From NCBI RefSeq assembly GCF_009914755.1, contig NC_060947.1: a stretch of DNA of 64,000 bases. The stretch is one strand, 5' to 3'. This document shows, piece by piece, positions 14,510-28,990 of the stretch. Both the position numbers and the translations under genes were made by a program. Positions within the stretch are counted from its first letter, which is position 1, and every line of letters starts with the position of its first letter. Origin of the DNA: the human T2T-CHM13v2.0 reference genome, Homo sapiens. The notes beneath the pieces were generated by a model. It saw nothing but the letters and a program-made list of their open reading frames with translations. It was not told the origin of the DNA and made no database searches.

Positions 14510-15785
14510 GTATGACTTTAAGTTGGATACTTTCAATGAGACCCCAGTTAATAATTATGAGAAAATAAACTCTTAAAATATACAAACTAGTTATGACTTT
14601 GGAAATTTGGAATAAATTTTCTCTTTTAAAAATAACTTTCAGTTAAGTGGGTAATCTTGAGAAAATGACTAGTCCTCATTCTATCACAGATTTTAACTGA
14701 CAGAATGGCAACATTTACCCTCTAACACACCCATCCACCCAGTAACAACCCTGTTGGTTAAAACAGAAACACTCCACTCCATTTCCTCCTGCATGTGAGC
14801 ACCATAGTGGCTAAAAAGTATTAATTGACAAATAAATGATTAATATTATAGCCTATACCTGAAGTAATATTAACAGAACTACTTATGATGTATTTATAAT
14901 GTACATTAAAATCCTAGGCTGAAATCTGCACTTAACTGTAAGGTAACATTTTTGTTTTTATCATTAGAGCTATTTAAACATATATGAAAATAATACTATG
15001 AATACCAAATAGTACTAGGAATTTTTAATTCTAACTCATGTTAGAAACCGACCCCCATAACTTCATGAAAATGGTGTCATCAACTAGAAATCTTTCTTAG
15101 AAATAGCCCCACCAAACTACAGAAGGTAGTTCCAGAGAAGAATCTGGAATCTAACACAAACTTTGTATGCAAATCATAATTTGGTCATTCTGTAATTTGT
15201 TTCTTTTTCTACACACATTCAAGACTGATAAATTATTTATCAGGCACTAAAATTTAAGTATTCAAAATCAGCTTAGATCACTTTATCATTTGAAATGTTT
15301 ATAAAATTGGCTCAACCCCAAAATCACATCCAACACCCTCCTCAAAATTCCTGCAAATTCCTAGAGGCTTCCGTTTTCATGGTTACCCCTCTCTCTGATT
15401 TCATAGTTCCACTGAACTCTTCATCTCATCCTTCATTTATCACCCCTCTGCAGCTCCTCTCTCATCACAATATTGTTCTTCCTCTCTCGGTTGTTCCTCC
15501 ATTTTTCTACTTTCCACTGTCCACAAATTCCTGGTCATTGTGTGAAACCATTAACCACAACTTTGGATTTTTTTCTGTTCACCTTTTATACCCAAAACAG
15601 ATATTAAGATATTTTGCTAAACAGAAGGTTACATACCGTGATGATAGTGCCATGTGATTTGGAACTGTTAGATGATTGGATTGGTATCAAATTTGGATAT
15701 ACTTATCTGTCATTCTTACAGTTTCTTCTCAAAACAGTAGTCAATCTTCCATCTTTTAAAAACAACTTCTGATTATGTGTTTTAG

Positions 15786-16288
15786 AAAATGCAAATGAAA
15801 GAGACAGCATTAAAGAAGCTTGGCAAAAGGCCATTTTGTCAGGTTCTGCAGACTATTTTCCTATCAATTCAAGCTTTTAGAATTCTTCTGAAATTTGGGG
15901 TAAAATTAGAATTCCTGAAGATAGTACTGGACTTCCCAGGAACAATGTTAGAATTCCCAGAAATAATGTCAGTATTCCTATGGTTAATGTTGGAATTCCC
16001 ATGGATAATCCTGAAGTTCATGGAGGCAATGCTGAAGTTCCTCATAAGTTTAATATTGAGGTTCCTACAAATAATGCTGGGGTTCCCAGAGGCAATGCTG
16101 GAGCATTGCTGGAACTTCAATGTAATCTTGAAGTTCCTAGAGGCAATGGTAGTGTTCCCAAGGGCAGTGGTGTTGGGGTTCCCATGGGTAATGTTGAAAC
16201 TCTCAGGCGCAATGTTGGAACTTCCAGCAGACATACTGTATCCTCTCCACCTCTTGAGCTCTCAGAGATAGGTGATCTCCAATTATAA
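15786..16288 (+). pseudogene. Terminal exon remnant with premature TAG and heptad-repeat tail
   Basis: Acceptor tgtttttAG. Reads NANERDSIKEAWQKAILSGSADYFPINSSF* (TAG 15878-80), then the same frame stays open to TAA 16286-88. AATAAA at 16323 and 16413. Confidence 0.65.
15900..16230 (+). repeat. Degenerate 21-nt tandem repeat encoding xNxx(V/I)P heptads
   Basis: NNVRIPR NNVSIPM VNVGIPM DNPEVHG GNAEVPH ... NNAGVPR ... CNLEVPR GNGSVPK. Confidence 0.85.
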
Positions 16289-16896
16289 AAGCTGACATCT
16301 TACAAAGTAGTCCTAATAGTTAAATAAACACATCACAACACTTAACATCTAAACAGCTACGTACCAAGTCTTACAACTCAAAATAGTAAATGTAATATTT
16401 AAATTCAAAATGAATAAATAAATATATAAATACACTGATGATTGTCTTTTTTGGCATTGGATTGGGTTTATTTGCTAGTTTATTCTGAATGGGAACCATC
16501 AATTATCTATGAGATAATTTGGTTAGGGGTTGAGTTGTGAAGGAGTAAGATGCTTAATTCCTTAAGCCTAGATTTCTACTTGCTAAAGAGATACAGTGTC
16601 TATATCACTAAACAAAATAGCAACTAACCTTCAAATAATATTGTGTATCTCATATTCCCAACAATGGCAGGTCTTCTTGGATATTTTGATGGGCAAATGA
16701 AAGCAATCTCATAGTTATTAACAGTTATCTATATGAGTCTAGCTTAATATCCAAGAAATTTATTGACTGAAAGCTAAGGAAACAGGAAATTTGGCAAAAG
16801 ATTATTGAATACAGTGCTTCTCTGAAATGTCCAGATAGAACCTCTGCAGAAAGCTCATTAACAAGAGTACTTAAATATGTGTATTTATTTTTGTGA

Positions 16897-17240
<344 letters not shown>

Positions 17241-17610
17241 ATTTACTGGAATTCTTAAAAATATTAGAAGAAAAACAACTGTAGAACTGTAAATATTATA
17301 TGTAGTGTTAATGTAAATAATATAAATAAGACAACACTAACAACACTACAGGATGCCTAAAATATTGCATGTTAATACTTTTGTTTTGAAAATTAATTTA
17401 GTTTATTCCTCTCAACTACCAAATTAGTTTGGCATAAAAAGACACAGGGCATAAGGGGGAAATTATTGAAATATTTTACCAAATCACTGAGTAGAATGCC
17501 CTTCTCAGAGAGAAGAGGACCACTTTTTAATGGCCAGATGATCATCATGGTATTCAAATTACACAATCATAGTTACCTGTAAAATTTGGTTTTAAAAAAC
17601 ATTTATTTCA

Positions 17611-18002
<392 letters not shown>

Positions 18003-20619
18003 TCATAAACTACAGGGGGGAAATAATCTCATTATATTCAAACATAATATATTTTTTTCCAAAGTTTCGGGGTGTATGGGCCATTATTCAATTTGTACAT
18101 TTAAATTTTCAACTATGCTGAATAATGGTAGCTGTTGTTTTTACAAAACCAAGGGTAATTTAAATTTTAGGTTACCACCTAACCCCTAATTGTGTGTCTT
18201 ACCACATAATGCAAGTGGTGGTAATCTGTAGTCTAATGGCAAACTCCTGCCCACTCACAGGATCCATTTGGTCTTTGAGGAAGAAGGTAAAGAGGATAGC
18301 CCTCTCTTCACTACCCCCTGGTTCAGTGTGTGCTTACTGAACCATGGCTTTGGCATCAGAAGAAAAGGACAAGTAGTGAGATTTCTTTCCCCTATTTCTT
18401 ACCAGCCCAGAAGATAGCATACCATTTCAGACTTGAGTAACCTGAATTTCGTATAGGGTAGCAAGACCACAGAAGTAATGGAAGGATACAGGATGCCATA
18501 CTTCAGTGACTGTCAATGCCTGACTCAGAAAAAAACAAACTGACAATTCACCTTGTTTAACAGAGAGTCTATATATACACGATGTTGTCACACTGACTTT
18601 GTGAAATAGAACTATTACATTTCTGATCTTCAAAGGGAACCACCTTATGGGTGCAAAAACAGTAAAATAAGATGGAAACTGAGAAATGGCTCACTAAGAA
18701 CTAACATTTACTACAAAGCAAGTGAAAAAAAAGACAAACAAAATTGTGCTCAACCATATATAATACTGACATATAATTGAAAATGGTCACTAAAACACTA
18801 CCACCATCAACAACAGCAGCAAAACCCTGCTATATCAGTGTTATTTCTCATCCTTTATGATTAATATATTTTTGGGGTACTGTATTTAGTGACTTTAAAC
18901 ATAAAAAATTATATGTGAAGTGGCCAGGTGCTTCTTTGCAAAATTTTAAGAAACTGAATGAAACTAAGGTAAAGAATCAAATGTGAAGATGGTCTAAGAA
19001 GATAATTCTGAATCTCGTAAAGAAAATTACTTCCAAATATTGTTAGTTCAGAACTGAGCAATGCAAAAGTTTCAATGACACATCACTATTTATCTTCCAA
19101 GATTGTCCCATGTCTTCTTAGGGCTCTCTACGTCAAGTAAATTATCTAAAGTCATTCAATAATCATCATAATTCTAGAGGAAAGAGAGAGTAAAGAACAT
19201 GGAATATACGGAATAAGAAATTTTCCTCACAAATTTCACATAAATTGAACCTGAGGCCTTCATGGAAAAAAAAAATGTTAAAATTGAAAATCTAAAGGCA
19301 TAGGATTGAAGAAGGAAAATGATGAGCCATTTCTAATTCTCTTACTTTTTCCAAATAAATGACAGATTAAAATTACCTACATGTAATATTTCTATATTTT
19401 AATATGCTCCTATAAAATAAGAAGAAAATTACTTGCTAAAATTGATGATAGCGTAGGATGGGAGAAAGAACTCTGAAAGTGTCCTGCATATTTTACTATG
19501 CAAGAAAGAACAGTTAATCAGAAAACAACAATAAATAGTTATTGGTTAACCACCATAATTAGCCATATTGTTTCCTTCTAAGGCTCTAGAAAAATGTAAA
19601 GTGTGCACTGCTCAGTGTGAGTAACAGATGAATTCTTCTAATTTTACAGATGTTTTACATACATTCCCCTAATTATACTAAAATAATTTTAATTTGTAAA
19701 TTAAATTGTACAATGTGCATTCAGATAAGTTGAAATAATTTTTAATTCACAAGTTACTTAGCAGAAGAATGAAAGAGTTTTCTTTACTAAATAATATTTC
19801 TTTTATGTCTGTTTAAGTCTTCAAAAATTAAGCAAATGAAAAAATATTTTCCTCAAAGGTTAATATGATGGAACTAAGGAGAAAAATATTTGACACAAAA
19901 ACACTTATCTAAGAACCAACAAAATGTAGTATTCAAATATCATAACTGCTACTTTCATTTCAATAAACACAGCGTTAGAAAAATATTTCTCAAACCATTT
20001 AATTCAATTCAAAATATTTTTGAAGCATTCTGAATAGGGAAATCATTCATACATAACCATGACCTGTACATTAGAACAAAGGGACTTCAACAGTTTGTAA
20101 CATTAAAAAATATATATTTCAGATGGTCTGTTTGTCTATAATTAGAAGGTAAAATGAAGAATTGAGGCTTTACACATGTAGTGAAGCCTTAATTTATTTC
20201 AGAAAACCACAATATCAAGAATCATTATAAAATTACAACACACAACTATGAAGAAAATTTATCCAAAAAATCAAGCAAGGGCATTAATTTTGAACATTAA
20301 ACTCATGGTAACTGAATGCACAACAGTATTTCTTTTTAAGAATGAGACAGTATAGACGGTGTGTATAATTTATATTAAAATCCATTAACTAGCAAGAAAG
20401 CTTCATTTATTGCATGTGGCGTTTCCATCTAATGATTAAGTATGTTTTAGAAGTGAAAACTCAAAATATTGCAAATTGCTTTTAGTAGATCATAGGGTAT
20501 AAAGTGCATATGACTGTTCAATAAATCTTTTAAGAGCAAAGAGCCTCATTGATGTGTGATAATCTTGTAGAAAGTGGGGGGATAAAAGAAGAGCAAAACA
20601 GAAATTAGAATAAAACTGT

Positions 20620-20712
20620 AGCAAACCACCATGGCACACATTTACCTATATAACAAACCTACACGTCCTGAATATGTACCCCTGAACCTAAAACTTGAAA
20701 ATCAAAAAAGAA
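20620..20712 (+). mobile_element. Short L1PA 3'-end fragment
   Basis: gcaaaccaccatggcacacatttacctat...aacctaaaa followed by an A-rich tail. Confidence 0.75.
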
Positions 20713-21114
20713 ACTTAGAAATTAATGATAAAATATTGTGAGCAGTCCCAGATCATATTTTAGCATTCTTTTGCCAAGTGAATGGAATGATTATGAAACA
20801 GATATCTCATTTGCCATTAGAAAAGGAATTAGTTGCATAATAATAGACGATTATATTGTTTGTCTCACTGTCTTCCCACTTTTCATGTGGGCAGCATCTC
20901 ATTTTTTTTTTTTTTTTGTATCCTTTGCTGGTGTGCAAAATAGATTGATACATTAGTTTTAAAAAAGGAAAAAAATAAAATGATGTATTTTGAAGGTTTT
21001 TACGAACTTTTTTGCACGTTTGAACTTGTCATTTTACTTTTTATTAATATGAACAAATAAGCCTTACAATAATTAAACTTTAGCACTAACATCCCTAAAG
21101 TTTATGCTACCACT

Positions 21115-21413
21115 GGCCGGGTGCAGGGGCTCACACCTATAATTCCAGCACTTTGGGAGGCTGAGATGGGTGGATCATGAGGTCAAGAGATGGAGATCAT
21201 CCTGGCCAACATGCTGAAACTCAGTATCTATTAAAAATACAAAAATTAGCCAGGAGTGGTGATGTGCGCCTGTAGTCCCAGCTACACAGGAGGCTGGGGC
21301 AGGAGAATCGCTTGAACCCGGGAGGCAGAGGTGCAGTGAGCCGAGATCATGCCACTGTACTCCAGCCTGGGTGACAGAGCAAGACTCCATCTCAAAAAAA
21401 AAAAAAAAAAAAA
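21115..21413 (+). mobile_element. AluSc-like
   Basis: gaggtcaagagat diagnostic, TSD aaagtttatgctaccac. Confidence 0.95.
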
Positions 21414-22842
21414 GTTTATGCTACCACCGATTTCCTAATTCTTATGATATACATCATCAATTTATGAATTTGCCTACAGCATATTTTTGCTATTAAAAAG
21501 TAATATTTAAGAGTTTATTTTTAAAGCTGACTTACCTCCAGTAGATTTGATTATCTTATGCGACTAGTATTTACCTACAAACTACATTTTCTATTCTTAT
21601 ACTAGAGTAAAATAAGAGATCATCTTCAAAATAAAACTTTAGAAATGCAGTGACATTCAAAATTATAGGTAATATAATATTAAATTGTGTTAGAATTATT
21701 AACAGTTAATATTGCTGATTTTCCCCAAAGCCCAACAATACTGAAGATCATCATGAAAATACTAATTTTCATAATTCTTCCATAAGTGTATCTAGTCATT
21801 CAAAAATAAATACACATACATTTCAGAATTTTAAAGCTGCAGAATAATAATGGACAAAGTTCATTCCTGAAACTTAACATTTCAATGCTATGTAACAAGT
21901 GCTAATGGCAACACATGTGCAGTACTCAGACGGATTAAAAAGTCTGTGAAGAAGAAAAGATCACAAAGATGTCGTATTGACTTGGAAATATCCATTATTG
22001 TCAAAATTCAGTAATAACACCTCTACACATTACACCTTCTCAAACCTTTAAGCCTGTCAAATTCTCAAACCAAGTGTTTGTTTGTTGTATCTGTGTGCAG
22101 TATGTTTCAAGTAAGTGACTTTATATTTCTTTTTCTACATTTATCACCAGTGACTAGAGAACAAATCTGTTTTAACTTAAAAAACAAAAAACAAACAAAC
22201 AAACAAAACCCTTTCCTGATTCAAGAAAATGAGCAAGAGCTGATGCAGTGCTTAAAATTTTACTATTCATTATGAATTTAAATTTTCTACCTTTCGGAAA
22301 TGAAAGATACAACTTGAATTTATTTTCAAAGAAAAGGACAGTGAGTAAAGTACACTGGTATTATGAAACACCTTCCATTTTTACACTGATACTGTATTCA
22401 ATTTTTTAAAATGTGTATTGCCATTAATTGCTGGCCATTGTTGACTTCTGTCTTATGTATGAAGTGTCTACTTGGATAGGTTTAAACAGTGTAGCATTCA
22501 AGGTGATATTTTAATATATATGTGGCATGTATACCTTGGCCTCTATCGTATCTTTAAATAAAATGTGGTATAGATTGATGTGATAGGTTTTTTTTTTTTA
22601 ATTCTGGGGTTGAATTATCACAACACCGGGATATTAAACTGTTGGTGCTCAATCTGTACAATTATCCTAATCTTGCAAAGCTTACAACAGGTATTTTAAT
22701 ATCTTACTAAGTTAAAATTCTAATAAAGAATATTGCAGAGGGGTTAAAACAATTTAAATGCAAAATTTTTACTAGATTAATCTTATTTTTGCAGCAAAAT
22801 GTACCAATCATTTATTAGGATTGTTTGCAAAAATATACAAAT

Positions 22843-23146
22843 AGGCTGGGTCCGGTGGCTCACATCTGTACTCCCAGCACTTTGGGAGGCCAAGGTGGGA
22901 GGATTGCTTGAAGCCCAGGAGTTCAAGACCAGCCTAGGCAACAAAGTGAGACCACCCCACCCCCTGCCATCTCTACAAAAAATAAAAAAAATTAGCCAGG
23001 CACGCTTGCAGTCCCTGATACTAGGGAAGCTGAGACAGGAGGATCACTTGAGTCCAGGAGTTCGAGGTTACAGGAAGCCATGATCATGTCACTGCACTCC
23101 AGCCAGGATGACAGAGTGAGACCCTGTCTCAAAAAATAAAATAAAA
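22843..23146 (+). mobile_element. AluJ
   Basis: ggattgcttgaagcccaggagttc J-type arms, diverged. Confidence 0.9.
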
Positions 23147-24211
23147 TCGAAATCACTTCTACACCTACTGATGCAGCTGCTACCATGGTCTTTTGTCCAA
23201 GTGTCGTGGTATGATGTAGGCACTATCTTTTTTTATCTTTCTCTGTGAGTGTGTGTGTGCATGAATGCACATATATGTGAAACACACAGAAAGGAGGCTT
23301 GGAAATAAATATATACACCATCGTTTGCACTTGTGTTTAATCATTGATAGTTTTAACACAGTTACTTTCTTAAGCACCTTAAGATTATTTTATATTTTAC
23401 TGTAGAAAGATTCCAATATCACTTCATTTGTACTGGTAACATACACCTGTGGTTCTTATACTTTGCCTTGCTAAGCTGGCAAGTAGAGAAATAGATATTT
23501 CAAATGTTACCTTTTGTGTCCGAAATTAGTAATTAAATATCATAAAAAAGTAGAAAAAATGTTATGATTAATTCTATGTAATAAAAAGAAGAGCTAACCT
23601 ACTGACTTACACACTGAAAATCTTGGTTGGTTCTATGTTTCACATGTTTCATTTATATACAAAATCTCATTAAAAATTCAGTTTTCCTTTATTCAGAAAG
23701 TGAACTATTTTGTGAAATGCAAAAGATTAAGAAACATGAACTAAAACACTAGAAATGTTTGATGCTACAGGAATTAAAATTAACTCACTTCTGTCTTATA
23801 TCTTAAAACTAAATTTCAACTCGTGGATAATGTTGTTTCTCTTAAATATTTTAAATTTTGTATTTGTAACATGCTGAGACTTGTACTCTAAGTTATGTAA
23901 CCTATAAGTGTTAGCTGTTTATTTTCCTTCTTCTCATCAAGTAAATTATGAAACTTATTGTAATTGATGCCATTTTGCTATCAGATTTCTGCCAGATACC
24001 TTGTTAATATTTAGTGTGTGGTAAAATTTATTGATGGTGAGTGTCACTGTGCAGTCCTTATTAGGCATGTATTTTCCAATACATTACAATGATATGCAAG
24101 GTCCACTGCAAACATGTTTTAAAATGGTCTTTTTTCTAACATATTGATCTGCTGCAAATAATATATATTTGGCACAATAGTGAAAGGAACACATTTCTTC
24201 CTAAATTCAAT

Positions 24212-25082
24212 TTTTTCCCCCTTTTTAATTTTTTTATTTTTTATTTACTTTAAGTTCTGGGATATATGTGCTGAACGTGCAGGTTTGTTACATAGGTATA
24301 CATGTGCCATGGTGGTTTGCTACACCTATCAACCTGTCATTTAGGTTTTAAGCCCCGCATACATTAGGTATTTGTCCTAATGCTCTCCCTCTCCTTTCCC
24401 CCCGACCCCCCGACAGTCCCTGGTGTGTGATGTTCCCCTCCCTGTATCCATGTGTTCTCGTTGTTCAACTCCAACTTATGAGTGAGAATATGCAGTGTTT
24501 GGTTTTCTGTTCCTGTGTTAGTTTGCTGAGGATGATGGCTTCCAGTTTCATCTATGTCCCTGCGAAGGACATGATCTCATTCCCTTTTATCTCTGAATAG
24601 TATTCCATGGTGTATATGTACCACATTTTCTTTATCCAGTCTATCATTGATGGGCATTTGGGTTGGTTCCAAGTCTTTGCTTTTGTAAAGAGCGCTGCAA
24701 AAAGCATATATGTGCATGTGTCTTTATAGGAGAATGATTTATAATCCTTTGGGTATATACCCAGTAATGGGATTGCTGGGTCAAATGGTATTTCTGGTTC
24801 TAGATCCTTGAGGAATTGCCACTCCACAATGGTTGAACTAATTTACACTCCCACCAACAGTGTAAAAGTGTTTCTATTTCTCCACAGCCTTGCCAGCATC
24901 TGTTGTTTCCAGAGTTTTTAATGAATGCCATTCTAACTGATGTGAGATGGTATCTCATTGTGGTTTTGATTTGCATTTCTCTAATGACCTGTGATGATGA
25001 GCTTTTTCAAGAAAAAAAAATCCCATCAAAAAGTGGGTGAAGGATATGAACAGACACTTCTCAAAAGAAGACATTTATGTGC
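24212..25082 (-). mobile_element. 5'-truncated, 5'-inverted L1PA7/8-like element
   Basis: 3' end on - (24212-25007) plus about 75 nt in the opposite orientation (25008-25082). TSD cctaaattcaa at 24200 and 25083. Confidence 0.9.
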
Positions 25083-25212
25083 CCTAAATTCAAATTTATC
25101 TTTCGCTTAAAAACTTCATTTACAAATTTAGATTTCAATAAATGGTGTCACCTGCTCTCAAGTATTATATTTTTTCTTTTTATTTCTTTCAGATACAGTT
25201 TGCTTAGTGTTA

Positions 25213-25552
25213 CAGTCATCCCTTGGTATTTGTGTGGGATTGGTTCCAGGACCCCTTCAGATAACAAAATCCACAGATACTTAAGATTTCTATATAAAAT
25301 AGCGTAGTGTTTGTATATAACCTACACACATCCTCTCATATACTTTAAATCATCTCTAGATCACTTATAATACCTAATACGATGTAAATGCTATGTAGAC
25401 AGTTGTTATACTGTATTGTTTAGGGAATAGTGACAAAAAAATCTGTGCATGTTTAGTACAGACACAATCACCCATTTTTTTCCCCAAATATTTTTGATCC
25501 ACAGATAATTGAATCCATGGATGTGGAATCTGTGGATATGGAGGGCCAACTG
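25213..25552. mobile_element. MER2 (Tigger/TcMar DNA transposon MITE)
   Basis: TA-cagtcatccct ... agggccaactg-TA terminal inverted repeats, about 340 bp. Confidence 0.85.
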
Positions 25553-26200
25553 TACAAACATCCCTAATTCAGATATGTTGAATCTCAATCAAATAATAAT
25601 AGAGCTAATTATTTGAATGCTTGAAACCTCAAGCCATACCCCATAAAACAGTCCAGTAATTTAAAAAGCATTTGATGGTGCTACTTTAAATCTTGAGTGA
25701 CTTATGGTTGAACCCAGTTGTGTGTAAACAAAACCTATTAAGCAATGTTAGAATTTGTGAGAAACACAAGCTTCCATCACATCCCAGGATTCTGACACAC
25801 ATGGGTCTCCACCTAGAACTTTGCTAAAGGCTTCTCTTCTCAGTTCACCAATCTCTCAATAATGTTACTGATGTGCCCCAGGTGTAGATGGGGTGACTTT
25901 TCACTTTGGGGAACTTCAAGCATTTCAGGGGTCCGAATATGCTGAACATAACTTCAGAAGAGCACTATTTACTCCTTTCCACTATATAGATGTTGAGAAA
26001 ATATTGATATGTTTAATGAGTATATATATTCATTAATATATATGTATATGCTAATATGTATTGCACACATTAGAGTTTATTCTAACTACATTACATTGAT
26101 GAGACAAAGATAATGAATAAGGCCAAACCAAATCAGCTATCGTTCTTTATTACCTGGTCCCAATTTTAATTTCTGGCTATTTTTATAACTTAAAAAGCTG

Positions 26201-26522
<322 letters not shown>

Positions 26523-27239
26523 CTAACCAATGAATGAATGAACATCAGTATGCTAATAACAGTATTTCATTGAGAAGAGAATTACTGCAGAAAACTTGAG
26601 AAGAGAGAGCCATGGCATCCATTACTTTTATTCAACATACAGTTGAGCACCAACCCTATAACCTGTACTGAGCTAGGCACTAGGGAATATAATGTTGGAA
26701 AAAACAACCTCATTCATACATACACTCTGGAAACATACAAGCTCATTGGGGATACAGAGTAAATAATTAAGGTGGTCATAAAAGGCCACTTTGGCAACAA
26801 CTGGTAATTACTTTCACTTCATTTTTATAGGAAATAACTCTTAAAACCAGCTACAAATAAAGTATTCATACAGACAAAAAGATGTGCTTCAGTCCTTACC
26901 ACGTTTTTATAACATAAAATAGCCTTGGACAAATATTGAGTGGTATCCTATAAGAATTCCAGAAAAGTATTCTCTCTCTAAAAGTCAGCAAAGTCTTGGG
27001 CATGAAATCCTATAATAAGTCAACACAACCACAGCAAAGAAATCAACTCACAATTGTTACTCCTGTTTATCTTGTTGATAAGTTTTCTCCAATGCAATGA
27101 CTCAGATTTGATGTGCATTGAAATGTCTTGGAGACGTAGTTACAAAGACCAATTTTGAAGCCAGATCTTAATACTAAATAAGAATCTTTGAAGATAGGAC
27201 ATAGGAACCTATATTTTTATTTTTGTTTTGAAACAATTG

Positions 27240-28250
27240 CATACTTAGAATAAAAGTATAAGTGCAGTAGAAAACATTTTTATTTCGGGACTGTTTCAGA
27301 CTAAGTTGCTTACCTGATGCACCTCCACCCTCAAATAATTTAGCGTGTATTTCTACAAGTAAGGACACCATCTATGTAACCACAATATAATCATCAAAAC
27401 AAGACAATTAACAGACCCTACTGGAATTTTACCAAGAGTCTCAATAATGTACATTATGGCAAAAGAATCCAGTTCAGTATCACATGTTGTATTTAGATGC
27501 CACGATTCTTTAGTCTCCTTCAACCTGGAGCAGTCCCTCAGTCTCTCCCAGAGTTTCATGACCTTGACTTTTTTTGAGGATTACAAGCTAGTAAGTTTTT
27601 GTGCATTTATTTGTTTGTTTGTTTAGAATGTTTATGAATTGGGTTTGTCTCATGCTTCGTCATCACTAGATTTAGGTTATGTATCTTCAGCAGGAATATC
27701 ACAGTATGTTGTGATCTTATTGTGTCCTATTGGATGGCACACAATTTCAATTTGTCTTATTTAGCTATTCTGTTCTCCATCAAACTTTTGTCATTCATTT
27801 ATTTATATCTGCAAGGACACACTAGTTTCTGATTTACTCAATGATTTATAATCTACTATTAATATTATTTTTATGCCCCAAATATCCTCCATTTAGTCAG
27901 TAGGATTTCCTTAAGACCTGACTTCTTATCCTTTCAACATGTCACCATTGTTCTTTTGTACTTCCTGGCTCTATGGCACAAGATGTCCCAGGTTCATCTA
28001 GTATTTTTCCTGTACCAGCCCAGGAATCACCATTTCTCCAAAGAACCATCATTCCTTTTAGTGGATATTGGTATTTAGAGGCCTAAATCTAGGTATTAAG
28101 TGTTCAATACTATAGGGGTGTGGTGGCTTTTAGGGTTCATGGTTAAACGAAAACCACAATGTGTATTCTCATTTTCTCCTTTTCCAAATTTGTAATGTCC
28201 TTCTCTGGCAGAGAAACCTGGCTTTAATTATACTTAATATACTTACTTCT
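27240..28250 (-). mobile_element. Old L1MC-type 3' fragment
   Basis: Recalled L1MC4/5 motifs (tttagtctccttcaacctggagcagtccctcagtct; cagccaggaatcaccatttctccaaag). Confidence 0.65.
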
Positions 28251-28494
28251 TTGATTAAGAAACCAATCTCCCATTTATGCATCCACAACCCTCCCCCTTG
28301 CAGATACTGTCTTATCTCTGTTCTCACTCTGAGTCCCCATTCTGAGCCAAACATATCCCCCAGCCTACATGAATGCCCTCCTCATGCTACTTAAGATATG
28401 ACTTCTTGAGCCAGGCCACCCCTCTGTAGATATGCCATCCTTACCTTGCTAAGGCTTGGACTCAATATCTTTAGAACTGAATTGTTCAGGAATA

Positions 28495-28570
28495 GAATAA
28501 AAGAGAAGAGAAAGGAAAAGAAGGGAAGGGAAGGGAAGGGGAAGGGGAAGGGGAAGGGGAAGGGGAAAGA
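28495..28570. repeat. Polypurine (GGGAA/GGGGAA)n repeat
   Basis: Direct reading. Confidence 0.9.
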
Positions 28571-28571
28571 G

Positions 28572-28990
28572 TGCCAGTCTGGGACCTCTGAGGAGTAAAC
28601 CCTAAGATGCAGTTAAATGTACAAGATTTTTATTAGGGGAGACACCAGTGACAGAAAATGGGAAGGGAGCTGGGAAAGACTGCAAAAGTCATCAGACCTA
28701 AAATGAAGGAGTGAGGGAAGGAAAGTTGGGTAGAAGTGTTCTAGGCTACCTTGTGATTTCAGGAAGGTTTGTCAAGACTGTGGTGGAGTGCTCAAACCCA
28801 TGACATTTGTCCAGAGGAGTTCCATGTCTCTTAGGAATTTGCCTGCCTTAATTTGCCTGCCATGCTCAATCATATGGCAGGAACAGTCCATGGGAGGCAT
28901 GATTTTAGTCCAAATACAACAGTGAATTTTGGAGTACTGCACCTGAGGCCCTTGGTGAATTACACTTACTGTAGTTGGAAGCCTATAAGG
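28572..28990. mobile_element. MLT1-type MaLR LTR
   Basis: Old MaLR-like motifs. Subfamily uncertain. Confidence 0.55.

Noticed and set aside
15869-16234. 121-aa minus-strand ORF (GNSNI repeats) as the real product
   Set aside because: It is an in-register antisense shadow of the + strand repeat. Its G/R variation corresponds to synonymous Pro codons on +.
18319-18345. 9-bp hairpin tggttcagt/actgaacca
   Set aside because: Too short to exceed chance in 64 kb, with no RNA-gene hallmarks.
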